8,914 nt of DNA from Naegleria gruberi (taxonomy: Eukaryota), in the NCBI GenBank assembly GCA_000004985.1, contig GG739053.1; one strand, 5' to 3'. The translations under genes and the position numbers were made by a program. Below the pieces are notes generated by a model. It was not told the origin of the DNA. It worked only from the letters and a program-made list of their open reading frames with translations, and made no database searches. Below, piece after piece: positions 1 through 8,643 of this stretch (position 1 is the first letter of the stretch; the number at the start of each line of letters is the position of its first letter).

Positions 1-55
1 CCAACAGCTGAAGCAGCAGCAATTCCAGAAGTGCTGATGGATGTGGATGGAGCAA
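1..55 (+). CDS. 3' part of an internal coding exon of an unidentified + strand gene. Frame 1 reads PTAEAAAIPEVLMDVDGA, and the exon ends at a GTAAGT donor at 56-61.
   Basis: Open in frame 1 from the window edge. Strong GNN codon periodicity (gct gaa gca gca gca att cca gaa gtg ctg atg gat gtg gat gga gca). A consensus donor A|GTAAGT follows immediately at 56-61. GC content is higher than in the flanking AT-rich sequence. Confidence 0.35.
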
Positions 56-785
56 GTAAGTCAATGGTTGACATGTTTTTTTTTATTTGTTGATTTTTGT
101 GTGTTGATGGATGACTGATGGCAATATTGAAAAGTTTTTACATGACAGGAGATGGAAAAAGTACATTGTTGGAGGATGAACATCTTTTGCTTGAAGTGAA
201 AGTTTGAGAATGATAAGGATTTGTGTTATCCTAAAGTGATTATTTTTTGGAATCGAATGGTGTGAAATTTCATATGGAGGAAGAACCCATTCAATTTAAA
301 CAAATAATAATTATTAATTTTGTTTTAAGTTTAAACTACTATTTTTGAATGCATCTTCAATTCTCTTCAATTCTTTGCTATGCTTCAATGGTTTGCTTCT
401 TTCATTTCTTTCAAATTTTAAACAAACATAATAAAAGTAGATTATTTCTGAATTTTGTTGAATTCTGATTGAATATGAGGAATGGACTTGTTTCCGATTG
501 TAAATTACAAAATAAAGTGAAAATATTCTGAGTTGCTTAATAAGCGATCTCAATTCCGAGTTGTTAACAATTTTCCATGCTCAAAAAATTATTCGAAATG
601 TCTGGAAATAACAAGAAAGGAACTCCACAAAGAAAACAACACACTGTATCATCCCCATCTCATCCTAAACAAAGAGTAGACCCACTACTCCCTCCCAAAA
701 ACTGTTGCGCTCATTAATCTTTGGTAAGGGATTAATTTCTTAGTGAGGTTTTTATCAATATTTCGGAAACATTGTAAAATTTTCT

Positions 786-1088
786 TTATTTCACTAACAT
801 TTCTTTCTCATATTCGCATTTATCGTTGGTCTGACGTTTTTTTCTTATCCTTAGGATAATGATATTATCTCGGGACCTGCTCAATAAAGATTTATATTCT
901 TCAAAGCAGGTTCCAGGCTGTTTCACTATTAAGGTGAACAGTCTCTGAGCTTTAATACCCATTAGTATAATTACTTGTTCTCTTGTTTTTATTAATTTGC
1001 AATGTAACATAAGCTTTATGGTGCTTTTTAATGGTTCCTGGTAATTCAGAATAGTCCAAAGGATTTTATTTTCAATTATAATAGTCAA
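786..1088 (-). CDS. Hypothetical 100-codon ORF with a TTG alternative start and no recognisable domain. It may be an exon or a spurious ORF.
   Basis: Stop-bounded ORF from the six-frame track. Its first codon is TTG, not ATG. No motif is recognisable by eye. It lies downstream of the kinase gene on the same strand. Confidence 0.15.
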   Translation of the reverse strand: MTIIIENKILWTILNYQEPLKSTIKLMLHCKLIKTREQVIILMGIKAQRLFTLIVKQPGTCFEEYKSLLSRSRDNIIILRIRKKRQTNDKCEYEKEMLVK

Positions 1089-1205
1089 GTGAGAACAAGA
1101 GGAGCACTATTCTCGATAATACGGGTACAATTAACAGGATGCAAATATCAAATGAAGCATATGTTTCCCTTCCTGCTTCTAAGAGTGAATCAAATGAATG
1201 GACAT

Positions 1206-1255
1206 NNNNNNNNNNNNNNNNNNNNNNNNNNNNNNNNNNNNNNNNNNNNNNNNNN
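1206..1255. other. Assembly gap: 50 N, a scaffold gap placeholder of unknown true size.
   Basis: Run of exactly 50 n characters. Confidence 0.97.
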
Positions 1256-1272
1256 TTAGAATTTCTAATAGA

Positions 1273-1811
1273 TTATTCATAATTTTGAGATAATGAATAC
1301 ATTCGTCCTCTGTGTGTTGAACGAGATTGGATCATTGTAATTAAACACCTTCCAAGAATATCATTGAATAGCACCTTTTCCAAAAAAGAATTAGGATGGG
1401 AGCAAATAACCTCAAGATTTGGATCTATAAACTTGTCAATTTCCTTTCTAATAGATTGATGAAGCATGGCCTCTCCTTGTGGAGTACTTAATAACTTGAA
1501 AAAGTAATTTTTACCAACTCCAAATAAACAAGATGAACCAGAATCTTCATTCGTTGATATAATACTCAATGTTCTGTTGCAGATCATTTTCATTAAGACA
1601 CATCCCATTGAGTAAGTGTCACAATTTTTTGAGATTTTGAAATTTTCCGTTTGTTTGCCTTCTTCCTCATCATAAACCTCTGGAGCAAGATATTCCCATG
1701 TCCCTATATTCACTGTTATTGAGTGGTTGGATTGAATAACTTTGGAATTGTCAAAATCAATGAGTTTGGCATGTCCTTCATTGTTGATTATTACATTTGC
1801 CAACTTTAAAT
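1273..1811 (-). CDS. Protein kinase (eukaryotic ePK, Ser/Thr-type), 3' terminal exon. Encodes the catalytic loop (H-R)DLKLANVII, DFD in place of DFG at 1750-1758, GTWEYLAPEV (subdomain VIII) and DTYSMGCV (subdomain IX), then a C-terminal tail. The TAA stop is at 1273-1275.
   Basis: The kinase subdomain motifs appear in canonical order in the minus-strand translation. The exon starts directly after the intron acceptor (..ttttgtaaag|AT TTA AAG TTG GCA AAT GTA..). The frame runs to a TAA that sits 18 nt from the 50-N gap. Confidence 0.8.
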
Positions 1812-1854
1812 CTTTACAAAATTTCAGTATTGATTTTGAAAACAATAAACATAC
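1812..1854 (-). other. 43-nt spliceosomal intron of the kinase gene, with a GTATGT donor and an AAAG acceptor. It is phase 1 and splits the Asp codon of HRD (g|at).
   Basis: The minus strand reads cac aga g|gtatgtttattgttttcaaaatcaatactgaaattttgtaaag|at tta aag ttg gca aat. Removing these 43 nt restores the canonical catalytic loop HRDLKLAN. The unspliced read-through instead gives HRGMFIVFKINTEIL* and loses the catalytic Asp. Confidence 0.8.
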
Positions 1855-2774
1855 CTCTGTGTGTGAAATTTAGATTATGCAAACTGATGACACCCTCAAG
1901 AACTTCAGTAAAGTACTGTAAAACTTCAATCAAATCTTGAGTGGATAAGCAATGCTCCAAATTTGAATAATTTTGGTGCATTTCTGACATTACATGATCC
2001 AAAGGAGATCCCATTTCCATAATTAAATAGCTATACTTGCTATTATGCAACTCATAAAAATTACATTCAAATGTTCTGACAATACCCTTCAAATTTGGTG
2101 TTTTCATAAAGTTAAATAATTTCTCAGTTCTTTCTGGTTGCTCTTCTGGAGTAATATTCACTTTTAAAACTACTATTTGTTCAAGTTGTGTGTGAAAGCA
2201 TTTGAAGACAATTCCCTGAGCTCCTTTTCCTATTTTGGATAAAGGAATCAAGTAAGGGAATTTTTGAAGTAGCATTTGGATATATCTCATGTCAAGGTCA
2301 GTACCATGTATATTGTCAATTATACTGACAAGTGAGTTAAAGGATGGGAAATCATTGGAAGAAACCCATTCTTTTATGAATCTAATAACTGTAGATCGTT
2401 TAAACACTTCCAATCTTAATTTTGATGACAGTTTCAAAACACTTTCCTTAAACGTGGAATATAAAACACTTCCACCATCTTTAACAAATTGATTCAAGTA
2501 ATTGGAAAGGAAACATAACTCATTCTCCCCTATTGGAATCTCTTGATCAAATCTCACATAATCAATTACCCAATTATTCTTAATCAAAGAACTAATTCTC
2601 TGAAGAAATGCATAGACAACTACCAATGATTCATCATAGCGTTTGTTAATTAAGAATCTTCCTCCTTCAAATGTTATCTGCAATCGATTAATGTATCTAT
2701 TGAAAACTTTATCCAAATCAGAGGCATATTTCAATGTTGTTTCGTCAATAATCTTATCGATATCGTATATCCAC
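1855..2774 (-). CDS. Protein kinase, upstream exon. It holds an unrecognised N-terminal region of about 170 aa, then the Gly-rich loop IGKGAQGIV (about 2213-2233), the VAIK-type lysine in VVLKV (K at 2162-2164), alphaC Glu (TEKLFNFM), the hinge YLIMEMG, and the start of the catalytic loop LHNLNFTH-R. It is 5'-partial. The frame is open up to 2803 and the gene continues into the large gap.
   Basis: 920-nt continuous minus-strand frame with kinase subdomains I-VIa in order. The ORF track's 'M' at 2732-2734 is TTG, not ATG. The frame stays open upstream to a TGA at 2804-2806. A possible 40-nt intron lies at 2775-2814 (GTAAGT donor, weak AAAAG acceptor), so the 5' boundary is uncertain. Confidence 0.8.
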
Positions 2775-2814
2775 CTTTTACAGGTAAGAAAAATAGAAAT
2801 TCTTCAAAACTTAC
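2775..2814 (-). other. Candidate 40-nt intron of the kinase gene: a GTAAGT donor on the minus strand next to the gap and a weak acceptor ctgtaaaag.
   Basis: The minus strand reads catatat|gtaagttttgaagaatttctatttttcttacctgtaaaag|gtggatatac. The donor is a perfect consensus. The acceptor is weak and 40 nt is at the lower limit for an intron. Confidence 0.25.
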
Positions 2815-2821
2815 ATATATG

Positions 2822-5800
2822 NNNNNNNNNNNNNNNNNNNNNNNNNNNNNNNNNNNNNNNNNNNNNNNNNNNNNNNNNNNNNNNNNNNNNNNNNNNNNNN
2901 NNNNNNNNNNNNNNNNNNNNNNNNNNNNNNNNNNNNNNNNNNNNNNNNNNNNNNNNNNNNNNNNNNNNNNNNNNNNNNNNNNNNNNNNNNNNNNNNNNNN
3001 NNNNNNNNNNNNNNNNNNNNNNNNNNNNNNNNNNNNNNNNNNNNNNNNNNNNNNNNNNNNNNNNNNNNNNNNNNNNNNNNNNNNNNNNNNNNNNNNNNNN
3101 NNNNNNNNNNNNNNNNNNNNNNNNNNNNNNNNNNNNNNNNNNNNNNNNNNNNNNNNNNNNNNNNNNNNNNNNNNNNNNNNNNNNNNNNNNNNNNNNNNNN
3201 NNNNNNNNNNNNNNNNNNNNNNNNNNNNNNNNNNNNNNNNNNNNNNNNNNNNNNNNNNNNNNNNNNNNNNNNNNNNNNNNNNNNNNNNNNNNNNNNNNNN
3301 NNNNNNNNNNNNNNNNNNNNNNNNNNNNNNNNNNNNNNNNNNNNNNNNNNNNNNNNNNNNNNNNNNNNNNNNNNNNNNNNNNNNNNNNNNNNNNNNNNNN
3401 NNNNNNNNNNNNNNNNNNNNNNNNNNNNNNNNNNNNNNNNNNNNNNNNNNNNNNNNNNNNNNNNNNNNNNNNNNNNNNNNNNNNNNNNNNNNNNNNNNNN
3501 NNNNNNNNNNNNNNNNNNNNNNNNNNNNNNNNNNNNNNNNNNNNNNNNNNNNNNNNNNNNNNNNNNNNNNNNNNNNNNNNNNNNNNNNNNNNNNNNNNNN
3601 NNNNNNNNNNNNNNNNNNNNNNNNNNNNNNNNNNNNNNNNNNNNNNNNNNNNNNNNNNNNNNNNNNNNNNNNNNNNNNNNNNNNNNNNNNNNNNNNNNNN
3701 NNNNNNNNNNNNNNNNNNNNNNNNNNNNNNNNNNNNNNNNNNNNNNNNNNNNNNNNNNNNNNNNNNNNNNNNNNNNNNNNNNNNNNNNNNNNNNNNNNNN
3801 NNNNNNNNNNNNNNNNNNNNNNNNNNNNNNNNNNNNNNNNNNNNNNNNNNNNNNNNNNNNNNNNNNNNNNNNNNNNNNNNNNNNNNNNNNNNNNNNNNNN
3901 NNNNNNNNNNNNNNNNNNNNNNNNNNNNNNNNNNNNNNNNNNNNNNNNNNNNNNNNNNNNNNNNNNNNNNNNNNNNNNNNNNNNNNNNNNNNNNNNNNNN
4001 NNNNNNNNNNNNNNNNNNNNNNNNNNNNNNNNNNNNNNNNNNNNNNNNNNNNNNNNNNNNNNNNNNNNNNNNNNNNNNNNNNNNNNNNNNNNNNNNNNNN
4101 NNNNNNNNNNNNNNNNNNNNNNNNNNNNNNNNNNNNNNNNNNNNNNNNNNNNNNNNNNNNNNNNNNNNNNNNNNNNNNNNNNNNNNNNNNNNNNNNNNNN
4201 NNNNNNNNNNNNNNNNNNNNNNNNNNNNNNNNNNNNNNNNNNNNNNNNNNNNNNNNNNNNNNNNNNNNNNNNNNNNNNNNNNNNNNNNNNNNNNNNNNNN
4301 NNNNNNNNNNNNNNNNNNNNNNNNNNNNNNNNNNNNNNNNNNNNNNNNNNNNNNNNNNNNNNNNNNNNNNNNNNNNNNNNNNNNNNNNNNNNNNNNNNNN
4401 NNNNNNNNNNNNNNNNNNNNNNNNNNNNNNNNNNNNNNNNNNNNNNNNNNNNNNNNNNNNNNNNNNNNNNNNNNNNNNNNNNNNNNNNNNNNNNNNNNNN
4501 NNNNNNNNNNNNNNNNNNNNNNNNNNNNNNNNNNNNNNNNNNNNNNNNNNNNNNNNNNNNNNNNNNNNNNNNNNNNNNNNNNNNNNNNNNNNNNNNNNNN
4601 NNNNNNNNNNNNNNNNNNNNNNNNNNNNNNNNNNNNNNNNNNNNNNNNNNNNNNNNNNNNNNNNNNNNNNNNNNNNNNNNNNNNNNNNNNNNNNNNNNNN
4701 NNNNNNNNNNNNNNNNNNNNNNNNNNNNNNNNNNNNNNNNNNNNNNNNNNNNNNNNNNNNNNNNNNNNNNNNNNNNNNNNNNNNNNNNNNNNNNNNNNNN
4801 NNNNNNNNNNNNNNNNNNNNNNNNNNNNNNNNNNNNNNNNNNNNNNNNNNNNNNNNNNNNNNNNNNNNNNNNNNNNNNNNNNNNNNNNNNNNNNNNNNNN
4901 NNNNNNNNNNNNNNNNNNNNNNNNNNNNNNNNNNNNNNNNNNNNNNNNNNNNNNNNNNNNNNNNNNNNNNNNNNNNNNNNNNNNNNNNNNNNNNNNNNNN
5001 NNNNNNNNNNNNNNNNNNNNNNNNNNNNNNNNNNNNNNNNNNNNNNNNNNNNNNNNNNNNNNNNNNNNNNNNNNNNNNNNNNNNNNNNNNNNNNNNNNNN
5101 NNNNNNNNNNNNNNNNNNNNNNNNNNNNNNNNNNNNNNNNNNNNNNNNNNNNNNNNNNNNNNNNNNNNNNNNNNNNNNNNNNNNNNNNNNNNNNNNNNNN
5201 NNNNNNNNNNNNNNNNNNNNNNNNNNNNNNNNNNNNNNNNNNNNNNNNNNNNNNNNNNNNNNNNNNNNNNNNNNNNNNNNNNNNNNNNNNNNNNNNNNNN
5301 NNNNNNNNNNNNNNNNNNNNNNNNNNNNNNNNNNNNNNNNNNNNNNNNNNNNNNNNNNNNNNNNNNNNNNNNNNNNNNNNNNNNNNNNNNNNNNNNNNNN
5401 NNNNNNNNNNNNNNNNNNNNNNNNNNNNNNNNNNNNNNNNNNNNNNNNNNNNNNNNNNNNNNNNNNNNNNNNNNNNNNNNNNNNNNNNNNNNNNNNNNNN
5501 NNNNNNNNNNNNNNNNNNNNNNNNNNNNNNNNNNNNNNNNNNNNNNNNNNNNNNNNNNNNNNNNNNNNNNNNNNNNNNNNNNNNNNNNNNNNNNNNNNNN
5601 NNNNNNNNNNNNNNNNNNNNNNNNNNNNNNNNNNNNNNNNNNNNNNNNNNNNNNNNNNNNNNNNNNNNNNNNNNNNNNNNNNNNNNNNNNNNNNNNNNNN
5701 NNNNNNNNNNNNNNNNNNNNNNNNNNNNNNNNNNNNNNNNNNNNNNNNNNNNNNNNNNNNNNNNNNNNNNNNNNNNNNNNNNNNNNNNNNNNNNNNNNNN

Positions 5801-6591
5801 NNNNNNNNNNNNNNNNNNNNNNNNNNNNNNNNNNNNNNNNNNNNNNNNNNNNNNNNNNNNNNNNNNNNNNNNNNNNNNNNNNNNNNNNNNNNNNNNNNNN
5901 NNNNNNNNNNNNNNNNNNNNNNNNNNNNNNNNNNNNNNNNNNNNNNNNNNNNNNNNNNNNNNNNNNNNNNNNNNNNNNNNNNNNNNNNNNNNNNNNNNNN
6001 NNNNNNNNNNNNNNNNNNNNNNNNNNNNNNNNNNNNNNNNNNNNNNNNNNNNNNNNNNNNNNNNNNNNNNNNNNNNNNNNNNNNNNNNNNNNNNNNNNNN
6101 NNNNNNNNNNNNNNNNNNNNNNNNNNNNNNNNNNNNNNNNNNNNNNNNNNNNNNNNNNNNNNNNNNNNNNNNNNNNNNNNNNNNNNNNNNNNNNNNNNNN
6201 NNNNNNNNNNNNNNNNNNNNNNNNNNNNNNNNNNNNNNNNNNNNNNNNNNNNNNNNNNNNNNNNNNNNNNNNNNNNNNNNNNNNNNNNNNNNNNNNNNNN
6301 NNNNNNNNNNNNNNNNNNNNNNNNNNNNNNNNNNNNNNNNNNNNNNNNNNNNNNNNNNNNNNNNNNNNNNNNNNNNNNNNNNNNNNNNNNNNNNNNNNNN
6401 NNNNNNNNNNNNNNNNNNNNNNNNNNNNNNNNNNNNNNNNNNNNNNNNNNNNNNNNNNNNNNNNNNNNNNNNNNNNNNNNNNNNNNNNNNNNNNNNNNNN
6501 NNNNNNNNNNNNNNNNNNNNNNNNNNNNNNNNNNNNNNNNNNNNNNNNNNNNNNNNNNNNNNNNNNNNNNNNNNNNNNNNNNNNNNNNNNN
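2822..6591. other. Assembly gap of 3770 N.
   Basis: Uninterrupted n run. Both flanks carry truncated coding sequence: the 5' part of the kinase gene on the minus strand to the left, and a + strand terminal exon to the right. Confidence 0.98.
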
Positions 6592-6593
6592 TT

Positions 6594-6659
6594 GAATCTT
6601 GGGTTGTTGGTGGTGTTGATGTTGGTTTCTCTGATGAAGGTTCTTCTTACATTTTTTAA
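6594..6659 (+). CDS. Last 21 codons plus TAA stop of an unidentified + strand gene whose body lies in the gap (…ESWVVGGVDVGFSDEGSSYIF*).
   Basis: Strong GNN periodicity (gtt gtt ggt ggt gtt gat gtt ggt ttc tct gat gaa ggt). TAA at 6657-6659. A canonical AATAAA follows 12 nt downstream. Confidence 0.4.
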   Translation, partial: ESWVVGGVDVGFSDEGSSYIF

Positions 6660-6670
6660 TATTTAAAATT

Positions 6671-6676
6671 AATAAA
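6671..6676 (+). promoter_or_regulatory. AATAAA polyadenylation signal for the gene ending at 6659.
   Basis: Hexamer aataaa 12 nt after the stop codon, in an AT-rich 3' flank. Confidence 0.4.
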
Positions 6677-7038
6677 AAATGTATTAAACTTCTCCTTCAT
6701 CAAACGGGAGAAGAAATCAGCAACCATTAGAACCCGATTCATGTCCAATTCTTGCAACAACAATATTGATATCGGATCACATATTTCAAGATCAACGACG
6801 AATGAACTTTTACTACTAGATTCATAGAAAACAACCTAAGATTCAAGAACAATAATTTATTATTTTAATAAAATACTTTTGTGTTTTCACAAATATTTGT
6901 GCAAGATAAAATGGTCTGTCTACACAAACACAAACACAAATTTGTGAAAATATTTTAGCACAATTTAGCACAAATAGACTTCCGGAAAAAGTTTTGCTAA
7001 AAGTCGACTTTTTTAAGGTACTTTCACGCTAATTTGCA

Positions 7039-7071
7039 AAAAGGCGCCTAAAAGGTGCCTAAAAGGTGCCT
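7039..7071 (+). repeat. Three tandem copies of the 11-bp unit aaaaggYgcct inside the left arm of the element.
   Basis: aaaaggcgcct aaaaggtgcct aaaaggtgcct, followed by ttttt. Confidence 0.7.
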
Positions 7072-7292
7072 TTTTTACCTAAAAACTACTTGAAACACAT
7101 CCAAAGTTTGTTCAAGAAAATCTTGAGCAACTTTCAAACTGTTTTCAAACAATTCCTCAAGAATGATTAATTATTTCTCAACCAAATTCTCAAAACGCTC
7201 AAGTATTTGCTGAAAAAACCCCAAGGGCCTTCAAACTTCTGAACTCACTCTCTTTCTTAACTATATCCTTTTCCAAAAAATCCACCAATTCC

Positions 7293-7697
7293 TTAAGAGA
7301 TCCAAGGTTTTTGAATGTCACCATCTCGGGTCACTGTAGTTTTGATGGATTTTTTTACATCAATCACGAAATCTTTCGAAAGCTCTGGTCTTTTGAGCTC
7401 CTCAATTTTTCTTGGCATGATGATTGTTTTCTTTTTGATAAGGTTCAGGTTTTTTCTCTTTATGGGTGGAGTGATGTTCAAATCAGATCTCTTCCTCTTC
7501 TGGATTTTTAATTGTTTCACACTTTTTTCTTGTTCCTGTTTCAAGCTTAATTCAGAATATGGTGTTTCTTTAAGATTTTCTTCCACTTCCTCAACATCTT
7601 CCGTTCCATCAACAATAGAATCAGCAAGATTAGGGAACCTTTCAACTTCAGCAAATGCAGTAAAGAAAAGGTTGACATCAGGAAAAAGAAAGCTTCA
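7293..7697 (-). CDS. Lys/Glu-rich low-complexity ORF open stop to stop (…DVEEVEENLKETPYSELSLKQEQEKSVKQLKIQKRKRSDLNITPPIKRKNLNLIKKK…). It may be an exon or an element-encoded peptide. It has no ATG at its 5' end, and the track's 'M' is GTG.
   Basis: About 134 codons without a stop in AT-rich DNA. It carries basic KRKR and KKK runs resembling a nuclear localisation signal. The overlapping + strand ORFs are poly-Phe/Leu, as expected for the antisense of K/E codons. No domain is recognisable. Confidence 0.25.
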
Positions 7698-8006
7698 ATA
7701 AATGTGCAGGAAAGGTTTAAACATTTCTTGAATTATGCTCAAACAAATTTCAAAAATTGCTCAAACATTTTTCAAACCACTTTTTTAAAAAGGCGCCTTT
7801 TTATTTCTTTTTGACTTTTCCGGAAGTCTAATATTCACAAAAAATTTGTGTAATTAATTTTTTATTTGTGAATAGTGATAAAATGCTCTCATTGTGGAAA
7901 TTAATTTTTAGTAATGTACTTCACCAATGTCTTTTAGTACTATTTAAATAGATAATAAACATCCTATTTATTATCAGATTTTCGTCCTGTTGTCAATTTA
8001 CGGAAG

Positions 8007-8088
8007 ATTGTCATAATTATGTGGGGGTGGGTGGGTCGTGAAAAAAGGATGTCCATAATTACGTGGTCCAGAGTGGGTCAGAAAGTAG
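8007..8088 (+). repeat. Tandem direct duplication of two units of about 41 bp (gattgtcataattatgtggg…gtgggtcgtgaaa and gatgtccataattacgtgg…gtgggtcagaaa).
   Basis: Unit 1 is 8007-8047 and unit 2 is 8048-8088. They share about 75% identity, with the cores tgtc(c)ataattaYgtgg and gtgggtc. They lie about 560-640 bp upstream of the ATG at 8644. Confidence 0.5.
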
Positions 8089-8643
8089 AGCAGAGCAAAA
8101 ACAAAAATTGGCAAAAGTAGAGCCGAAGGTTTATTAGCCAAGGATATTCTCACTGAAACATCACGAACAGCATTCAGAGGTGCAACGAAGGATCTAAATA
8201 TATTGAAAGATCTGATTCAGGAAAACAGTCCTTCGAACTGAATTCAATGAACCCAATTCGAGTAAATTCAGATGCCTGCCCAACTACTTGATTTAGTTCA
8301 GACAGAATTTGGAGAACACTATGTGGACGGATTCGTGAATTAACCACAACAATTCAGTTCAACTCATGGATAGAGAACGACACATTCTTGAATCCTTGGG
8401 AACAAAATCTAACGAGTTATTGTGTTCCTCCTTTGGGCTAATTTCTCAAGCTCTAGTTCACTGCAAGTCAAAAATTAGCAAAATCTCCAACATTCTTTTG
8501 GTCAAGTTTTGCTTCTGATTATTGATGATATTGATTAATAGACCAAACTGGAAACCGATTCTGAAACTATTTTCCCTGAACGCCGTAAAATCTGTTATCC
8601 GAAACTCACGAATGTCAAGTAACCATTCAACATCCGTTAAAAA

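Larger units (their letters stand above)
6884..7877. mobile_element. Foldback or MITE-like complex inverted-repeat element of about 1 kb. Its arms are built from short palindromes in mirrored block order (left arm A-B-C, right arm C'-B'-A'), and it flanks a 400-bp K/E-rich ORF core.
   Basis: Left-arm blocks are cacaaatatttgtg (6888-6901), cacaaatttgtg (6935-6946), tagacttccggaaaaagt (6975-6992), aaaagtcgactttt (6999-7012) and aaaaaggcgcct (7038-7049). Right-arm blocks are aaaaaggcgccttttt (7787-7802), gacttttccggaagtcta (7813-7830), cacaaaaaatttgtg (7836-7850), and the pair tattcacaaa/tttgtgaata (7832-7841 and 7865-7874). The reverse complement of the right arm matches the left arm block for block (cacaaattt(t)gtgaa(a)atatt … agacttccggaaaag). 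Degenerate YTCAAAC words fill both inner arms. Confidence 0.45.

Noticed and set aside
314-553. 79-aa minus-strand ORF
   Set aside because: Very AT-rich low-complexity sequence. It contains the tandem word cttcaattct x2 at 352-371. It has no codon periodicity or motif and is probably a chance ORF in a 3' flank or intergenic spacer.
2289-2492. 67-aa + strand ORF
   Set aside because: Lies wholly antisense within the kinase coding exon. It is an alternative-frame artefact.
2776-2790. + strand ttttacag|gtaaga, an acceptor-like site immediately followed by a donor-like site
   Set aside because: It sits on the strand opposite to the kinase gene, with no supporting + strand coding frame on either side. 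It is probably coincidental, being the reverse complement of the minus-strand cttacctgtaaaag acceptor candidate.
2643-6659. 1338-aa + strand ORF, and the nested 1258-aa ORF at 2819..6595
   Set aside because: Almost entirely translation of the 3770-N gap into X. Only the 5' 60 codons are real sequence, and they are antisense to the kinase exon. The 3' 21 codons form a separate terminal-exon fragment, reported above. Neither is a real long ORF.
6921-6940. tacacaaacacaaacacaaa (CAAA/CA microsatellite-like stretch)
   Set aside because: Only about 3 imperfect units. It is better explained as part of the CACAAA…TTTGTG palindrome family of the foldback element than as a separate microsatellite.
7311-7701. 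+ strand ORFs 7311..7511 and 7315..7701
   Set aside because: Poly-Phe/Leu/Ser translation, characteristic of the antisense of K/E-rich codons. The minus-strand frame is the more protein-like of the two, though even that is only low confidence.
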